A stretch of DNA of 32,000 nucleotides from Candidatus Nanopusillus acidilobi (GCA_001552015.1 CP010514.1:573888-605887), one strand, 5' to 3'; shown: positions 8,427 through 18,291, counted from the stretch's first letter. The notes: generated by a model not told the origin, from the letters alone. Numbers and translations are program-made.

Positions 8427-9716
8427 TCAATAACTATTTTTTATCTTATTTTTTACTATTCTGTAGATATCTTCCAAATTATTGATTGATATTTTAATTC
8501 TTTCTTTTGTATACCTATCCTGTAATAAAACACTTTTCTCTGATAGTTCCTTTTTTCCAATAATTAATAAGAACCTTATATCCTTATCAACTGCATATTT
8601 TATTTGCTTATCAAAATCTCTTTTCATCAAATCAATATAACAATTTAATCCGATTTCCCTTAATTTATTACATATATTCCATGCATCTTTAAATGTATCT
8701 TCAAAATATATTACACATATTTCTGTATAAGTTTTTTTATCAATCTTAAATATTCCTAATTCTATTCCAGCATCAATCAGTCTTTCTACTCCAATACTTC
8801 CACCTACAGCAGGTATTTCTTCATTTGTAAATAATTTTAACAAATTATCATATCTTCCTCCTCCAGATAGTGATCCAATTTTTGGTTTTTCAACAATTGC
8901 TTCATATATCATTCCAGTGTAATAATCCAAACCCCTTACTAAAGATAAATTTATTTCTATTTTACTTTTATCATCTAATAGATCTAAAATGTTATTAAAA
9001 TAATTTATCTCTTTTGATATTTCTTCATATTTTGATAAATAATCAATTACTTCTTGATTCCTTAATGATATTATTTCAACAATTTTATCAGATAAATCTC
9101 CAACAACATTATTTAATTCTTTTCTTATATTTTCTATTCCAATTTTATCTAACTTATCAATTATTGTATATACCTTTTTTATTTTTTCTTCACTTATATT
9201 TAAATTTTTCTCAAAAATAAATCTTAAGAATTCTCTATTATTTATTATAATTTTATAATTCGAAAAATTAAATTCTTTAAATATAAAATTTACAATATTT
9301 AATATCTCTGCATCAGATTCTGGTTTTCTTGATCCAATTATATCAAAATCTGCCTGATAAAATTCTCTATACCTTCCTTTTTGTGGATTCTCATATCTAT
9401 AAGATTTATCTATTACATATCTCTTAAATGGTAAATTTGGTCTATGATTTGAAAAAAACCTTGCCAAAGGTACTGTTTGATCATATCTTAATGCATATTC
9501 TTTTTCAGAATATGGTAATTTAAATCTCCATATTAATTTATTTTCAGCTTCTTCTCCATATTTTCCTTTCAATGTATCCCAATATTCTATTGTTGGAGTC
9601 TCTATAGGATCAAATCCAAATCTTTGAAATATCTCTTCTATTTTGCTAAATATTTTATTTCTTAATATTTTTATTTCAGTAGGAAAATCCCTTAATCCTG
9701 ATGGCAAATTATACAT
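8427..9716 (-). CDS. hisS: Histidyl-tRNA synthetase
   Basis: 'LPSGLRDFPTEI', 'LRYDQTVPLARFFSNH', 'REFYQADFDIIG', 'LVRGLDYYTGMIYE', 'GGRYDNLLKLF'. Confidence 0.93.
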   Translation of the reverse strand: MYNLPSGLRDFPTEIKILRNKIFSKIEEIFQRFGFDPIETPTIEYWDTLKGKYGEEAENKLIWRFKLPYSEKEYALRYDQTVPLARFFSNHRPNLPFKRYVIDKSYRYENPQKGRYREFYQADFDIIGSRKPESDAEILNIVNFIFKEFNFSNYKIIINNREFLRFIFEKNLNISEEKIKKVYTIIDKLDKIGIENIRKELNNVVGDLSDKIVEIISLRNQEVIDYLSKYEEISKEINYFNNILDLLDDKSKIEINLSLVRGLDYYTGMIYEAIVEKPKIGSLSGGGRYDNLLKLFTNEEIPAVGGSIGVERLIDAGIELGIFKIDKKTYTEICVIYFEDTFKDAWNICNKLREIGLNCYIDLMKRDFDKQIKYAVDKDIRFLLIIGKKELSEKSVLLQDRYTKERIKISINNLEDIYRIVKNKIKNSY

Positions 9717-9759
9717 TATATTAAATTTAAAAATTGTTTAATAAAATATTTGGTTATCT

Positions 9760-10206
9760 ATGGTCGCTCATAGAAAGAAAAAATATAGGAAATATCTTGG
9801 ACAAAGATATGCTAGAAGGGGATATAATGATAGAAATAGAGGTAGAGGAAATAAGGGTGGTGCAGGTTTCTCTGGATGGAGATTTAAGAAACAAAAATAC
9901 ATTAAATTAATTAAGGAATATCCGGAAAAATTTGAAGATAAAAAAGGATTTACAAGTATTAAATATAATGTTGAAAAATCTATAATTAATTTGGGAGATA
10001 TAGAAGAATATTTTGATTATTTATTATCAGAAGGAATAATAAAAAATGAGGGAGAATATTATACAATAGATTTAGATGAAATAGGCGTTGATAAATTATT
10101 AGGAGCTGGAAGAATTAGCAAAAAAATGAAAATATATGTAAGAGAAGCTTCAGAAGGAGCAATAGAAAAGGTTAAAAACATCGGTGGGGAGGTTATAATT
10201 AAATAA
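9760..10206 (+). CDS. rpl15p: Ribosomal protein uL15
   Basis: 'HRKKKYRKYLGQRYARRGYNDRNRGRGNKGGAGFSGWRFKKQKY', 'DKLLGAGRISKKMKI', 'SEGAIEKVKNIGGEV'. Confidence 0.9.
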   Translation: MVAHRKKKYRKYLGQRYARRGYNDRNRGRGNKGGAGFSGWRFKKQKYIKLIKEYPEKFEDKKGFTSIKYNVEKSIINLGDIEEYFDYLLSEGIIKNEGEYYTIDLDEIGVDKLLGAGRISKKMKIYVREASEGAIEKVKNIGGEVIIK

Positions 10207-10676
10207 TGGACCTATCATTACAAAAAAGATTAGCATCTGAAATCCTTGGTGTTGGAAAAGATAGAATATGGATAGATCCGAATAAAATACAGGATGTATC
10301 TAAAGCTTTAAGTAGATCTGATATTTTAGATTTAATTGATAAAGGAATAATAAGAGTAAAAAATGTTAAAGGTCAATCTAGAACATGGGCAAATTATATT
10401 AAGGAACAGAAGAAAAAGGGAAGAAGAAGAGGAGCAGGATCTAGAAAAGGAGGTAGAAAAGCTAGATTAGACAAAAAAGAAAATTGGATGAAAAGAATAA
10501 GAGCAATAAGAAAGTTATTAAGAGAATTGAAAGAGAAAAATATAATTGATAAAAAGTTATATAGGGAGTTATATAAAAAAGCTAAAAGTAATGAGTTTAA
10601 GAGCAAAAGAGCTATTTTAATTTATCTTAAGGATTTAGGAATATTAAAGAATGAAAAAGAAGTTTTAAATAAATAG
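10206..10676 (+). CDS. rpl19e: Ribosomal protein eL19
   Basis: 'LSLQKRLASEILGVGKDRIWIDPNKIQDVSKALSRSDILDLIDKGIIRVKNVKGQSR...KKKGRRRGAGSRKGGRKAR'. Confidence 0.95.
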   Translation: MDLSLQKRLASEILGVGKDRIWIDPNKIQDVSKALSRSDILDLIDKGIIRVKNVKGQSRTWANYIKEQKKKGRRRGAGSRKGGRKARLDKKENWMKRIRAIRKLLRELKEKNIIDKKLYRELYKKAKSNEFKSKRAILIYLKDLGILKNEKEVLNK

Positions 10677-10728
10677 TTTATAAGATTTTTTATTTAAAGT
10701 TTATAATAATTTCACCTATATATTTTTT

Positions 10729-10932
10729 ATGGCAACACCATCCCAATTAAGAACAGAAATAGAATCTGCATTTAAAAAGGGTGTATCAAAGGAAGAAATA
10801 GATAAATTAGCACAACAAATAGCAAGTAAATTAGGAAAGAAACCAGCAGTTGTAAAAGCATTAATTACAAGATACATGAATAAAGGAATGATAAAGGAAC
10901 AAGGAGGAAAATATGTTTGGGCTGGTCAGTAA
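10729..10932 (+). CDS. Small conserved-looking protein, possible winged-helix fold
   Basis: 67-aa ORF MATPSQLRTEIESAFKKGVSKEEIDKLAQQIASKLGKKPAVVKALITRYMNKGMIKEQGGKYVWAGQ; preceded by TATA-like sequence. Confidence 0.6.
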   Translation: MATPSQLRTEIESAFKKGVSKEEIDKLAQQIASKLGKKPAVVKALITRYMNKGMIKEQGGKYVWAGQ

Positions 10933-11038
10933 AGTTTTTTCTTCATTTATATTTTATAAAAAAGATAATAATTTTTAATTTAACAATATTTTAATGAAAA
11001 TTTATTATTTCAAAAAATAATTGAAAATATTCTTCAAG

Positions 11039-11113
11039 TGCCCCCACCGGGATTTGAACCCGGGTCTCGGGGATGAGGACCCCGTATCCTGGACCTGACT
11101 AGACGACGGGGGC
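11039..11113 (-). tRNA. tRNA-Glu (anticodon CTC)
   Basis: GCCCCCGTCGTCTAGTCAGGTCCAGGATACGGGGTCCTCATCCCCGAGACCCGGGTTCAAATCCCGGTGGGGGCA; full cloverleaf, anticodon stem CGGGG/CCCCG with loop TCCTCAT. Confidence 0.92.
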
Positions 11114-11397
11114 TATGGATTATTTAATATATATTCAGAATTTTGAGTTATAACTATTATATTTGTTCCATTATCATAACATATCATATTCTCTTCTAAA
11201 CAAATATTGTAATATGTTTGATTTATAGTAGAAGAATAATTTGGATATAATAATAATTTAACATAAAAATCTTCTGCAATATATTTACCAATATTTGGTT
11301 GATAATAGAAATTATTTTGTAAATTTGAAATAAAAAATAATGTAATAAATAATATTAAAACTAAATATAATAAAATAAATTGGGATTTCATTTCCAA
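11113..11397 (-). CDS. Small N-terminally anchored secreted/pseudopilin-like protein
   Basis: 94 aa, N-terminal hydrophobic helix 'QFILLYLVLILFITLFFISN' then Asn/Tyr-rich extracellular-type segment. Confidence 0.5.
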   Translation of the reverse strand: MEMKSQFILLYLVLILFITLFFISNLQNNFYYQPNIGKYIAEDFYVKLLLYPNYSSTINQTYYNICLEENMICYDNGTNIIVITQNSEYILNNP

Positions 11398-11732
11398 TAT
11401 ATATCTACATAATCTACTGAGCCATTAATAATATAAAAAGTTTCAATTCCCTGTTCAGATTCATTTAAATTCGTATTATTAAATGCAACTTGTCCATTTA
11501 TTTCAACATAATAATATGGTAAAATATTTGTAACAATTTGATATAAACTACTGTTTAGCTGTTGTGTATTATTTAGATACATATAATTTATTGATATTAA
11601 TGATGCATATAGATCTTCTTTATTATACCCTCTAATATAGAAATTACTATAATATGTTGAAGTTAAAATAAAATATAAAACAATTATTACAACTACTAAT
11701 TCAATAAATATTGATATACTAAAAGATTTCAT
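11388..11732 (-). CDS. Small N-terminally anchored secreted/pseudopilin-like protein
   Basis: 114 aa, 'MKSFSISIFIELVVVIIVLYFILTSTYYS' with pilin-like helix, several NxS/T sequons. Confidence 0.5.
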   Translation of the reverse strand: MKSFSISIFIELVVVIIVLYFILTSTYYSNFYIRGYNKEDLYASLISINYMYLNNTQQLNSSLYQIVTNILPYYYVEINGQVAFNNTNLNESEQGIETFYIINGSVDYVDIYWK

Positions 11733-12124
11733 TGAACTAATACACTAACCAAATATAATGAGCCATTATAATAGCAAACTCTATTAAATTCTATATAATT
11801 ATTTTGCATATTTGTTATATTATCATTACTAAATATATATTCTTGACTAGTATTACTTAAATTTTCATATATTATTTCATATGGAAAACTTGCTAAATTA
11901 TCCATTATACTTGGATTAAAATTATTTGATGTTAAATTACAAATATTGTCAGTATACTGTTCTGTAATTTCTTTAATCAAAACTCTTCCATCCATAAATT
12001 GATTATATATAATTTGATATTTTTCATTAATATTATAAATATAAGAAACTTTCTCCATTAATAATAATGTAATAAAAAATATTACTAAAACAATTACAAA
12101 TAGCTCAAAAAACCTATCTAGCAT
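11729..12124 (-). CDS. Small N-terminally anchored secreted/pseudopilin-like protein
   Basis: 131 aa, N-terminal TM 'FFELFVIVLVIFFITLLL', overlapping ORF with the next gene, indicating an operon. Confidence 0.5.
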   Translation of the reverse strand: MLDRFFELFVIVLVIFFITLLLMEKVSYIYNINEKYQIIYNQFMDGRVLIKEITEQYTDNICNLTSNNFNPSIMDNLASFPYEIIYENLSNTSQEYIFSNDNITNMQNNYIEFNRVCYYNGSLYLVSVLVQ

Positions 12125-12166
12125 ATATTATATATTTTATAAACATTTTTATATATAGATGTCTAA

Positions 12167-12742
12167 ATGGATTCAAAACTGGTATCATTATTAAAAGAAA
12201 ATAAAAAAATTGTTACTGTATCGTCTAATAATTTACCAATATCTAGAAAAGATTCTGAAATGGTTGGTAGATTTATTAAATATTTAACAATACCATATGC
12301 AAAGAAATATTTAGAAATGGTTATTGAAAAGAAAGTTGCAGTTCCATATTATAGGTATCATAAAAAACAAGCGCATCATAAAAATGTAATGGGAAATGTT
12401 CCATATGGAAGATATCCAATTAAGGTTTCAAAATATTTTATTAAGCTATTAAATTCTTTAGAAAATAATGCAAAAAATATAGGATTAGATCCTAACAAGG
12501 TTGTAATTGTTTCTGTTAATGTTTCTAAGGGAAATAGGTTTCCTGGAAGGTTAAGGGTAGTAAAGATAAAAACAGGTCCTGGTGGAGTAAAGAGAACATT
12601 AATTGTTGCTCATAAGAAAACATCCCATATTAAAATATATGGATTATATTTAGAATCTCTAGATACATCTAAAAAATTGAAAAGAAAAAGCTTAAAACAA
12701 ATTGTTAAACAAATATTAGAAGAATGGCGTCAAAAAATATAG
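12167..12742 (+). CDS. rpl22p: Ribosomal protein uL22
   Basis: 'ISRKDSEMVGRFIKYLTIPYAKKYLEMVIEKKVAVPYYRYHKKQAHHKN...GRYPIKVSKYFIKLLNSLENNAKNIGLD...TSHIKI'. Confidence 0.9.
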   Translation: MDSKLVSLLKENKKIVTVSSNNLPISRKDSEMVGRFIKYLTIPYAKKYLEMVIEKKVAVPYYRYHKKQAHHKNVMGNVPYGRYPIKVSKYFIKLLNSLENNAKNIGLDPNKVVIVSVNVSKGNRFPGRLRVVKIKTGPGGVKRTLIVAHKKTSHIKIYGLYLESLDTSKKLKRKSLKQIVKQILEEWRQKI

Positions 12743-13401
12743 AAGAACTTATAAAAGAACAAAAAATACAGGCAATATTAGATAAAACTTTAAAAAATAG
12801 ATTTAAAGGTAAATTAATTAGTAAAGTTGAATATTTCAAGGTTTCAATGGGTACAAAGGTTATTATATATTGCGCAAGACCCAGATTAGTTCTGGGAAGA
12901 GCAAATGAAAATTTAGATGAAATTAAGAGAATTGTAGAAAATATTGCAAATGTTAAAGATCCAAATATAGAAGTTGTAGGAGTTGAAAATCCATTATTAG
13001 ATTCTGAAATTGTTGCAGATTTAATTGCATCTCAAATTGAAAGATATGGAAACAGAGCAATAAGAAGAATTATGCAAAGAGTAATGGAACAGGTAATGCA
13101 AGCTGGAGCTTTAGGTATTGAAGTAAGAGTTACTGGAAAAATAATTGGAGATAGAACATCTACAATAAGAGAACAAAAGGGATATATTAAAAAATCTGGA
13201 GAAGTAAACAAAATAATTGGAAAAAGTATAAGACATGCAAAATTACCTTCCGGAGTAATTGGAGTACAGGTTAGAATATTAAGACCAACAGACAAGTTAC
13301 CTGATAGAATAAAAATAAAAGATTTATCAGAAATAAAACCTGATGAATTAGAAAAGATAGACCCTTCTTTATTAGAAAAATTAACTAAACAAGGTCAATA
13401 A
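12724..13401 (+). CDS. rps3p: Ribosomal protein uS3
   Basis: KH domain 'GTKVIIYCARPRLVLGRANENLDEIKRIVE' and 'QVMQAGALGIEVRVTGKIIGDRTSTIREQKGYIKKSGE'. Confidence 0.95.
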   Translation: MASKNIEELIKEQKIQAILDKTLKNRFKGKLISKVEYFKVSMGTKVIIYCARPRLVLGRANENLDEIKRIVENIANVKDPNIEVVGVENPLLDSEIVADLIASQIERYGNRAIRRIMQRVMEQVMQAGALGIEVRVTGKIIGDRTSTIREQKGYIKKSGEVNKIIGKSIRHAKLPSGVIGVQVRILRPTDKLPDRIKIKDLSEIKPDELEKIDPSLLEKLTKQGQ

Positions 13402-14346
13402 TTATTTTAATCTATCAATAAATATTTTTATAATATCTTTTGAATTCAATATTCCCAAAGTTCCTTTTATACATTTTCTTTCAGAGAAATTTTTTACAAA
13501 TCCATATCTTGAATATTTTGAATATATCATAACTGGTACAGGATCTGAAATATGTCTTCCTTTAATTGATGATGTAGAATGATCTCCAGTAATTAATATT
13601 GCATCAAAGTATTCTTTTATTCTTTTTACTAAATATTCATCAATTTCTTCAATTACCTTTTTCTTTTTAAATGGTTCTTTTAAGTGAGATAAAATATCTG
13701 GAGTCCTTATATGAATAAATATTATATCATATTTATTTCTATTTGCTATTGCATATTCTGAAAATGAAAATAAATTTTCATCAATCTTTCCAGTAGTTCC
13801 TAAAGGTTTTTCATAATCAATTTTCAAATATTTTGCAATTGATAAATAAATAGGACTTGAAGATAAATATAATGCCTTTATTTTATATTTATTTTCAAAA
13901 AAATTCTTTTTATTTAAATCTTTATATATTGTTTTATTTTTTATCTTATATTTCTTTAATTTTTCAATTATTTCCTTATCATAATTATCAAAAATTAATA
14001 TATAATCATTATCTTTATATTTTATTATATCATATTCTTCTTTTATTTTTGGATCTTCTTTTGATTCTATTTCAATTAAAAACTGATTTTCTTTTAATTC
14101 TTTATATATTAATGCTTTAAATATTAATTCATTATATTTAAAATCATAACCTAGTAATGATAGATTTGATTCAATACATTTTGGAACATGCCCTCTTTCT
14201 TTTGTATATAATAATCCGCATTCAGAATATCTTACCAACTTATCAATATTTTGTTTTTTAGCATCTTCCAATGGTGTTTTATATCTTAATTCTTTAATTA
14301 AATTATCACCTAATCCATCTAATATAATAAATACCCCCTTATCCAT
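13402..14346 (-). CDS. apgM: Archaeal-type 2,3-bisphosphoglycerate-independent phosphoglycerate mutase (short form)
   Basis: 'GVFIILDGLGDN', 'TPLEDAKKQNIDKLV', 'ESNLSLLGYDF', 'IIFIHIRTPDILSH', 'ILITGDHSTSSIKGRHISDPVPVMIY'. Confidence 0.85.
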   Translation of the reverse strand: MDKGVFIILDGLGDNLIKELRYKTPLEDAKKQNIDKLVRYSECGLLYTKERGHVPKCIESNLSLLGYDFKYNELIFKALIYKELKENQFLIEIESKEDPKIKEEYDIIKYKDNDYILIFDNYDKEIIEKLKKYKIKNKTIYKDLNKKNFFENKYKIKALYLSSSPIYLSIAKYLKIDYEKPLGTTGKIDENLFSFSEYAIANRNKYDIIFIHIRTPDILSHLKEPFKKKKVIEEIDEYLVKRIKEYFDAILITGDHSTSSIKGRHISDPVPVMIYSKYSRYGFVKNFSERKCIKGTLGILNSKDIIKIFIDRLK

Positions 14347-14385
14347 ATTATTTAAATTATTAAAATTTCTAAATATAATTATTAA

Positions 14386-14469
14386 GCGGCGGTGCCCGAG
14401 CGGACAAAGGGGCTGGGCTCAAGACCCAGTGGAGTAGATCCGTCAGGGGTTCAAATCCCCTCCGCCGCA
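14386..14469 (+). tRNA. tRNA-Leu (anticodon CAA)
   Basis: GCGGCGGTGCCCGAGCGGACAAAGGGGCTGGGCTCAAGACCCAGTGGAGTAGATCCGTCAGGGGTTCAAATCCCCTCCGCCGCA; class II with long variable arm. Confidence 0.95.
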
Positions 14470-14595
14470 TAGATTGTTTTTATAATTTTAGATAATGTTA
14501 TTAAAACGATATTCCCCACTTCTTTCTTCTACCATGATATTTTATCATAACCCTGAAACAAATTTATATATATAAATATAAGAAATTTAATAATC

Positions 14596-14667
14596 GGGCC
14601 CGTAGTCTAGTCGTAGGATGTCGGCCTTGCAAGCCGGAGATCCCGGGTTCAAATCCCGGCGGGTCCA
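14596..14667 (+). tRNA. tRNA-Ala (anticodon TGC)
   Basis: GGGCCCGTAGTCTAGTCGTAGGATGTCGGCCTTGCAAGCCGGAGATCCCGGGTTCAAATCCCGGCGGGTCCA; G3:U70 identity pair present. Confidence 0.95.
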
Positions 14668-14689
14668 CTTTTATAAAAATTATAAAAAA

Positions 14690-17497
14690 TTAAGCAATTA
14701 TACATTCCGACCATCCACAATCCATACATACAACACAACCAGCTTCATGTTTTAATCTTGTAGATCCACATACAGGACATTTTTCAACTTTATTATTTCC
14801 ATTTTCTTCAACTTTTAATGTATTATCTTCAGCTCTTAATGTATTATTGATGTTTGCATTTAATTTTACTTTTGGTACTTCAACATTAGTAGTTAATTCA
14901 TAATACCAATTTGGTAACTTTATTCCATATTGCTTTAATATTTCAATCGTTCTATTATTTATTTTACCTTCTTTAATTAATCTAAAGTAATCCATAAATC
15001 TTGCTTTACTCGCCTCTGCAGGAGCTACATATACTTGTACAGATTTTGATCCATCTCTATATATTGTAATTCCTTTGCATCCCATCTTATATGCCAATAA
15101 ATATGAATAATATACATCATCTGGTTGAACCCAATTTGGCATATTTATTGTCTTTGATATTGATGTAGTTATCCATATTTGAGCAACTGCCTGTGCTCTT
15201 ATATGATCCCACCATGGTATATCTAATGCTGTTAAGAATATTGCTTTCAAATCATCTGGTATTTCTTTTATTCCCAATAAACTTCCCCCATTATCGGATA
15301 TTTTCTTTAATATATCATTATTATATAATCCTCTTTCCCTTAATTGTCTTTCCAATTCCTGATCTACATAATAATATACGCCAGCAGTTACTCTTTTTTC
15401 ATATACTAAAGAATATTGTGGTTCAATACCTGAAGATGTATCTGCTAACATGGATATAGAACCTGTTGGAGCAATTGATGTTACTTCAACATTTCTTATT
15501 CCATATTTTATTATTTGTTCTTTCAAATATTCCCAATCTAATGTCCATAATTCTTTATGATAATATCCTTCTACAGGTAATTCTCCATCTTTATATGTTG
15601 TTTGATCATATCTATCAAATTTACCCCTTGTTTTTGCTCTTTCAACAGATTCTAACATTGAATAATATGTTAAATATTCTGTTATTTTCATTAATAATTT
15701 ATATCCTTCTTCAGATGTATATGGAATTCCCAATGCATAGAATAAATCTGCTAATCCCATAAATCCAAGACCAACTCTTCTTACCAATTTTGAAGCTTCT
15801 TCAATTTCCTTTATTGGATATTTATTTACGTCTATTACATTATCTAAGAATCTATATGCCCATTTTATTGTTTCAATATATTTATTCCAATTAAATTCTG
15901 CTTTTCCATCTTTAAATTCAACCAAAGCATATAGATTAATTGATCCCAAATTACATGATTCATAAGGATATAGAGGCTGTTCTCCGCAAGGGTTACTGGC
16001 CCTAATTGGTCCTCTATATTTATATTGAACATTTCTTCTATTTATATTATCCATAAATAAACATCCTGGATCTCCTTTTTCCCATGCAACATATGAAGCT
16101 TCCTGTAATATTCTTTCGGGATTTACATATCCTGTAATTGTTTCTTTTGGTATTTTATTTATATCAAAATTTAGATCCCCTGGCAAAGGCAAATTATATT
16201 TCCTTAATAATCTTGGATTAATTAATGGATATTCTTTTTTATTTTCGAAATATTCCCAAAAAGATGGCTCGAACATTATAGATATATTGAAGTTTTCTAA
16301 TACACCTTCTTTTTCCTTTAAATGAATAAATTTAAATATTTCTGGATGCCAGGATTCCAAAATTCCCATGTTTGCCCCTCTTCTCTTTCCTCCTTGTTTT
16401 ACTACATCTGTAACTGTATCTATAATTTTCATAAATGAAACTGGACCTGAAGCAACACCCCCAGTAGATGCAACAACATCACCTTCAGGTCTTAGTTTTG
16501 AATAATTTATTCCAATTCCACCTCCAGATTTAAATATTAAAGCTGCTTCTGTTGCAGATTTCATTATAGATTCCATACTATCATCAATATCTAATACAAA
16601 ACATGCAGATAATTGTCCTAAAACAGCACCAGCATTAAATAATGTAGGAGAATTTGGCATAAATCTTTTACTTGCCATTAGATCATAATATTGATAGAAA
16701 TCTTCGTAATATTTGTCAAATTCGCCATTTTCTAGCATTTTTATAAATTCTGACCATGAAACCTTCATATGACCTCTTTCATTTAAATAATCATACAAAT
16801 ATTTCATTCTTTCTAAATGATATCTATTCCATCTAAATTTAGGATCTTTTATTGGTAATCCATATTTATTTTCGTTTTTTACAAAATCAAATTCTTCTTT
16901 TGTATGTACTTTTTGTTTTCCATCTTTATCATATATTCTTTCATCATATAATAAATCTGGTATTACAATTAATGCAGCAACCCTTTCAAACATTTGCTTT
17001 GGACCTTCTATTAGTTCCTTATATTCATTTCTTAATAAATATCTATTTACCATTAATCTAATTGAATTAACAGAAAATCTTTTTGCAACTTCTTCCTCAT
17101 AGAATTTTCCCAATAAATTTTTCTTTTCTTCTCTTATTTTTTCTTTTTCCTTTCTATAGGAAATATATGCCTTAGCAACATCATATAAATCAAATTTCAA
17201 TAAGGATAATTCGACAATATCTTGAATCTCTTCAACAGTTGGATATTTTATATCATCATATTTTTCTTCTAATACTTTTATTATATAGCCAACAACTTTT
17301 TCTAATTTTTCTTTATCATAAGCTCCAACAGCTTTCATTGCCCTTTCTATAGCATATTTTATTCTTTCTGGATCAAAGTCAACAATTCTTCCATCTCTTT
17401 TAATAACTTTTTTTATTTTATAATTATTTTGTCCCAAAACAACTTCTTTTTCTTTTTTTTCATGAGAATAGCTATTTATAAACTCTTCATCACCCAT
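14690..17497 (-). CDS. nrdJ: Class II (adenosylcobalamin-dependent) ribonucleoside-diphosphate reductase with N-terminal ATP cone
   Basis: 'KVIKRDGRIVDFDPERIKYAIERA' ATP cone; 'NPCGEQPLYPYESCNLGSINLYAL'; 'SLVYEKRV'; C-terminal CxxC zinc-like region. Confidence 0.92.
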   Translation of the reverse strand: MGDEEFINSYSHEKKEKEVVLGQNNYKIKKVIKRDGRIVDFDPERIKYAIERAMKAVGAYDKEKLEKVVGYIIKVLEEKYDDIKYPTVEEIQDIVELSLLKFDLYDVAKAYISYRKEKEKIREEKKNLLGKFYEEEVAKRFSVNSIRLMVNRYLLRNEYKELIEGPKQMFERVAALIVIPDLLYDERIYDKDGKQKVHTKEEFDFVKNENKYGLPIKDPKFRWNRYHLERMKYLYDYLNERGHMKVSWSEFIKMLENGEFDKYYEDFYQYYDLMASKRFMPNSPTLFNAGAVLGQLSACFVLDIDDSMESIMKSATEAALIFKSGGGIGINYSKLRPEGDVVASTGGVASGPVSFMKIIDTVTDVVKQGGKRRGANMGILESWHPEIFKFIHLKEKEGVLENFNISIMFEPSFWEYFENKKEYPLINPRLLRKYNLPLPGDLNFDINKIPKETITGYVNPERILQEASYVAWEKGDPGCLFMDNINRRNVQYKYRGPIRASNPCGEQPLYPYESCNLGSINLYALVEFKDGKAEFNWNKYIETIKWAYRFLDNVIDVNKYPIKEIEEASKLVRRVGLGFMGLADLFYALGIPYTSEEGYKLLMKITEYLTYYSMLESVERAKTRGKFDRYDQTTYKDGELPVEGYYHKELWTLDWEYLKEQIIKYGIRNVEVTSIAPTGSISMLADTSSGIEPQYSLVYEKRVTAGVYYYVDQELERQLRERGLYNNDILKKISDNGGSLLGIKEIPDDLKAIFLTALDIPWWDHIRAQAVAQIWITTSISKTINMPNWVQPDDVYYSYLLAYKMGCKGITIYRDGSKSVQVYVAPAEASKARFMDYFRLIKEGKINNRTIEILKQYGIKLPNWYYELTTNVEVPKVKLNANINNTLRAEDNTLKVEENGNNKVEKCPVCGSTRLKHEAGCVVCMDCGWSECIIA

Positions 17498-17660
17498 TTA
17501 AATTTTTTATAAAAAATTTTAAAATCTTTTTCTATGAGATGTTTAAAAATATTGGTTATAAATATTTATTTCATCGATAATCAATAACATATCTTTATAA
17601 ATATAATATCATTGTGTCCTTTCTTTTATTTTCTCTTCTTAATAATTAATTACTTATTTT

Positions 17661-18284
17661 TCACTTTATTTTTGCCTTTTTATCATATATTTCAATTAAT
17701 TTTACTTCTCTTGCAACATTTAGAACTTTTGCTTTATTTATTATATCCTCTAAACCTCCGGCTTCATGTATATGTCCATGTATATTTAAAATAACTCTAT
17801 CATTATTTTCAATGAATTTTCTTAATTCATAACTACCAGAAATACCTAAAGATGACATAGAATCTTTTGGAGGAATATGGGTGAATAAAATAATATATTT
17901 ATCATTGAATTTCTCTTTTAATTCATTTAAAAAGCTTTCAAATTCTTTTTCATCAATTATATTAAACAATACATCGGATCCTCCAAATCCGACTAATACA
18001 AAATTATCCTTTATTATATATTTTTTATCTAAATTTCTTATTTTATATATTTTTTCTAATAATTTTATATCTTCAGATGTTTCATGGTTTCCTGGTATTA
18101 TTAAAATTTTGTTTGGATCTATATATTCTGTTAACTTTTTTATTAGTCCTCTTTCTATTTCTCCTAATTCTGCTATATCTCCCAAAATTACTATATAATC
18201 TGGTCTTTCCTTTTTATATAATTCTATTATTTTATATACCATTTCGAAATCATTATGTATATCAGATGAAACTATTAGCTTCAT
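17661..18284 (-). CDS. Calcineurin-like metallophosphoesterase
   Basis: 'LIVSSDIHNDFEMV', 'IVILGDIAELGE', 'IIPGNHET', 'ILFTHIPP', 'LNIHGHIHE'. Confidence 0.9.
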   Translation of the reverse strand: MKLIVSSDIHNDFEMVYKIIELYKKERPDYIVILGDIAELGEIERGLIKKLTEYIDPNKILIIPGNHETSEDIKLLEKIYKIRNLDKKYIIKDNFVLVGFGGSDVLFNIIDEKEFESFLNELKEKFNDKYIILFTHIPPKDSMSSLGISGSYELRKFIENNDRVILNIHGHIHEAGGLEDIINKAKVLNVAREVKLIEIYDKKAKIK

Positions 18285-18291
18285 AATATAT

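Noticed and set aside
9014-9220. 68-aa plus-strand ORF
   Set aside because: Antisense within hisS; Leu/Phe-rich shadow ORF.
13032-13295. 87-aa minus-strand ORF
   Set aside because: Antisense within the strongly supported uS3 gene.
15193-15762. Two plus-strand ORFs (88 and 98 aa)
   Set aside because: Antisense shadows of the class II RNR gene.
14690-17497. Intein in the ribonucleotide reductase gene
   Set aside because: Length and motif spacing are normal for a class II RNR with ATP cone; no splicing junction motifs seen.
17612-18286. Plus-strand ORFs opposite the metallophosphoesterase
   Set aside because: Hydrophobic shadow ORFs without start context or family motifs.
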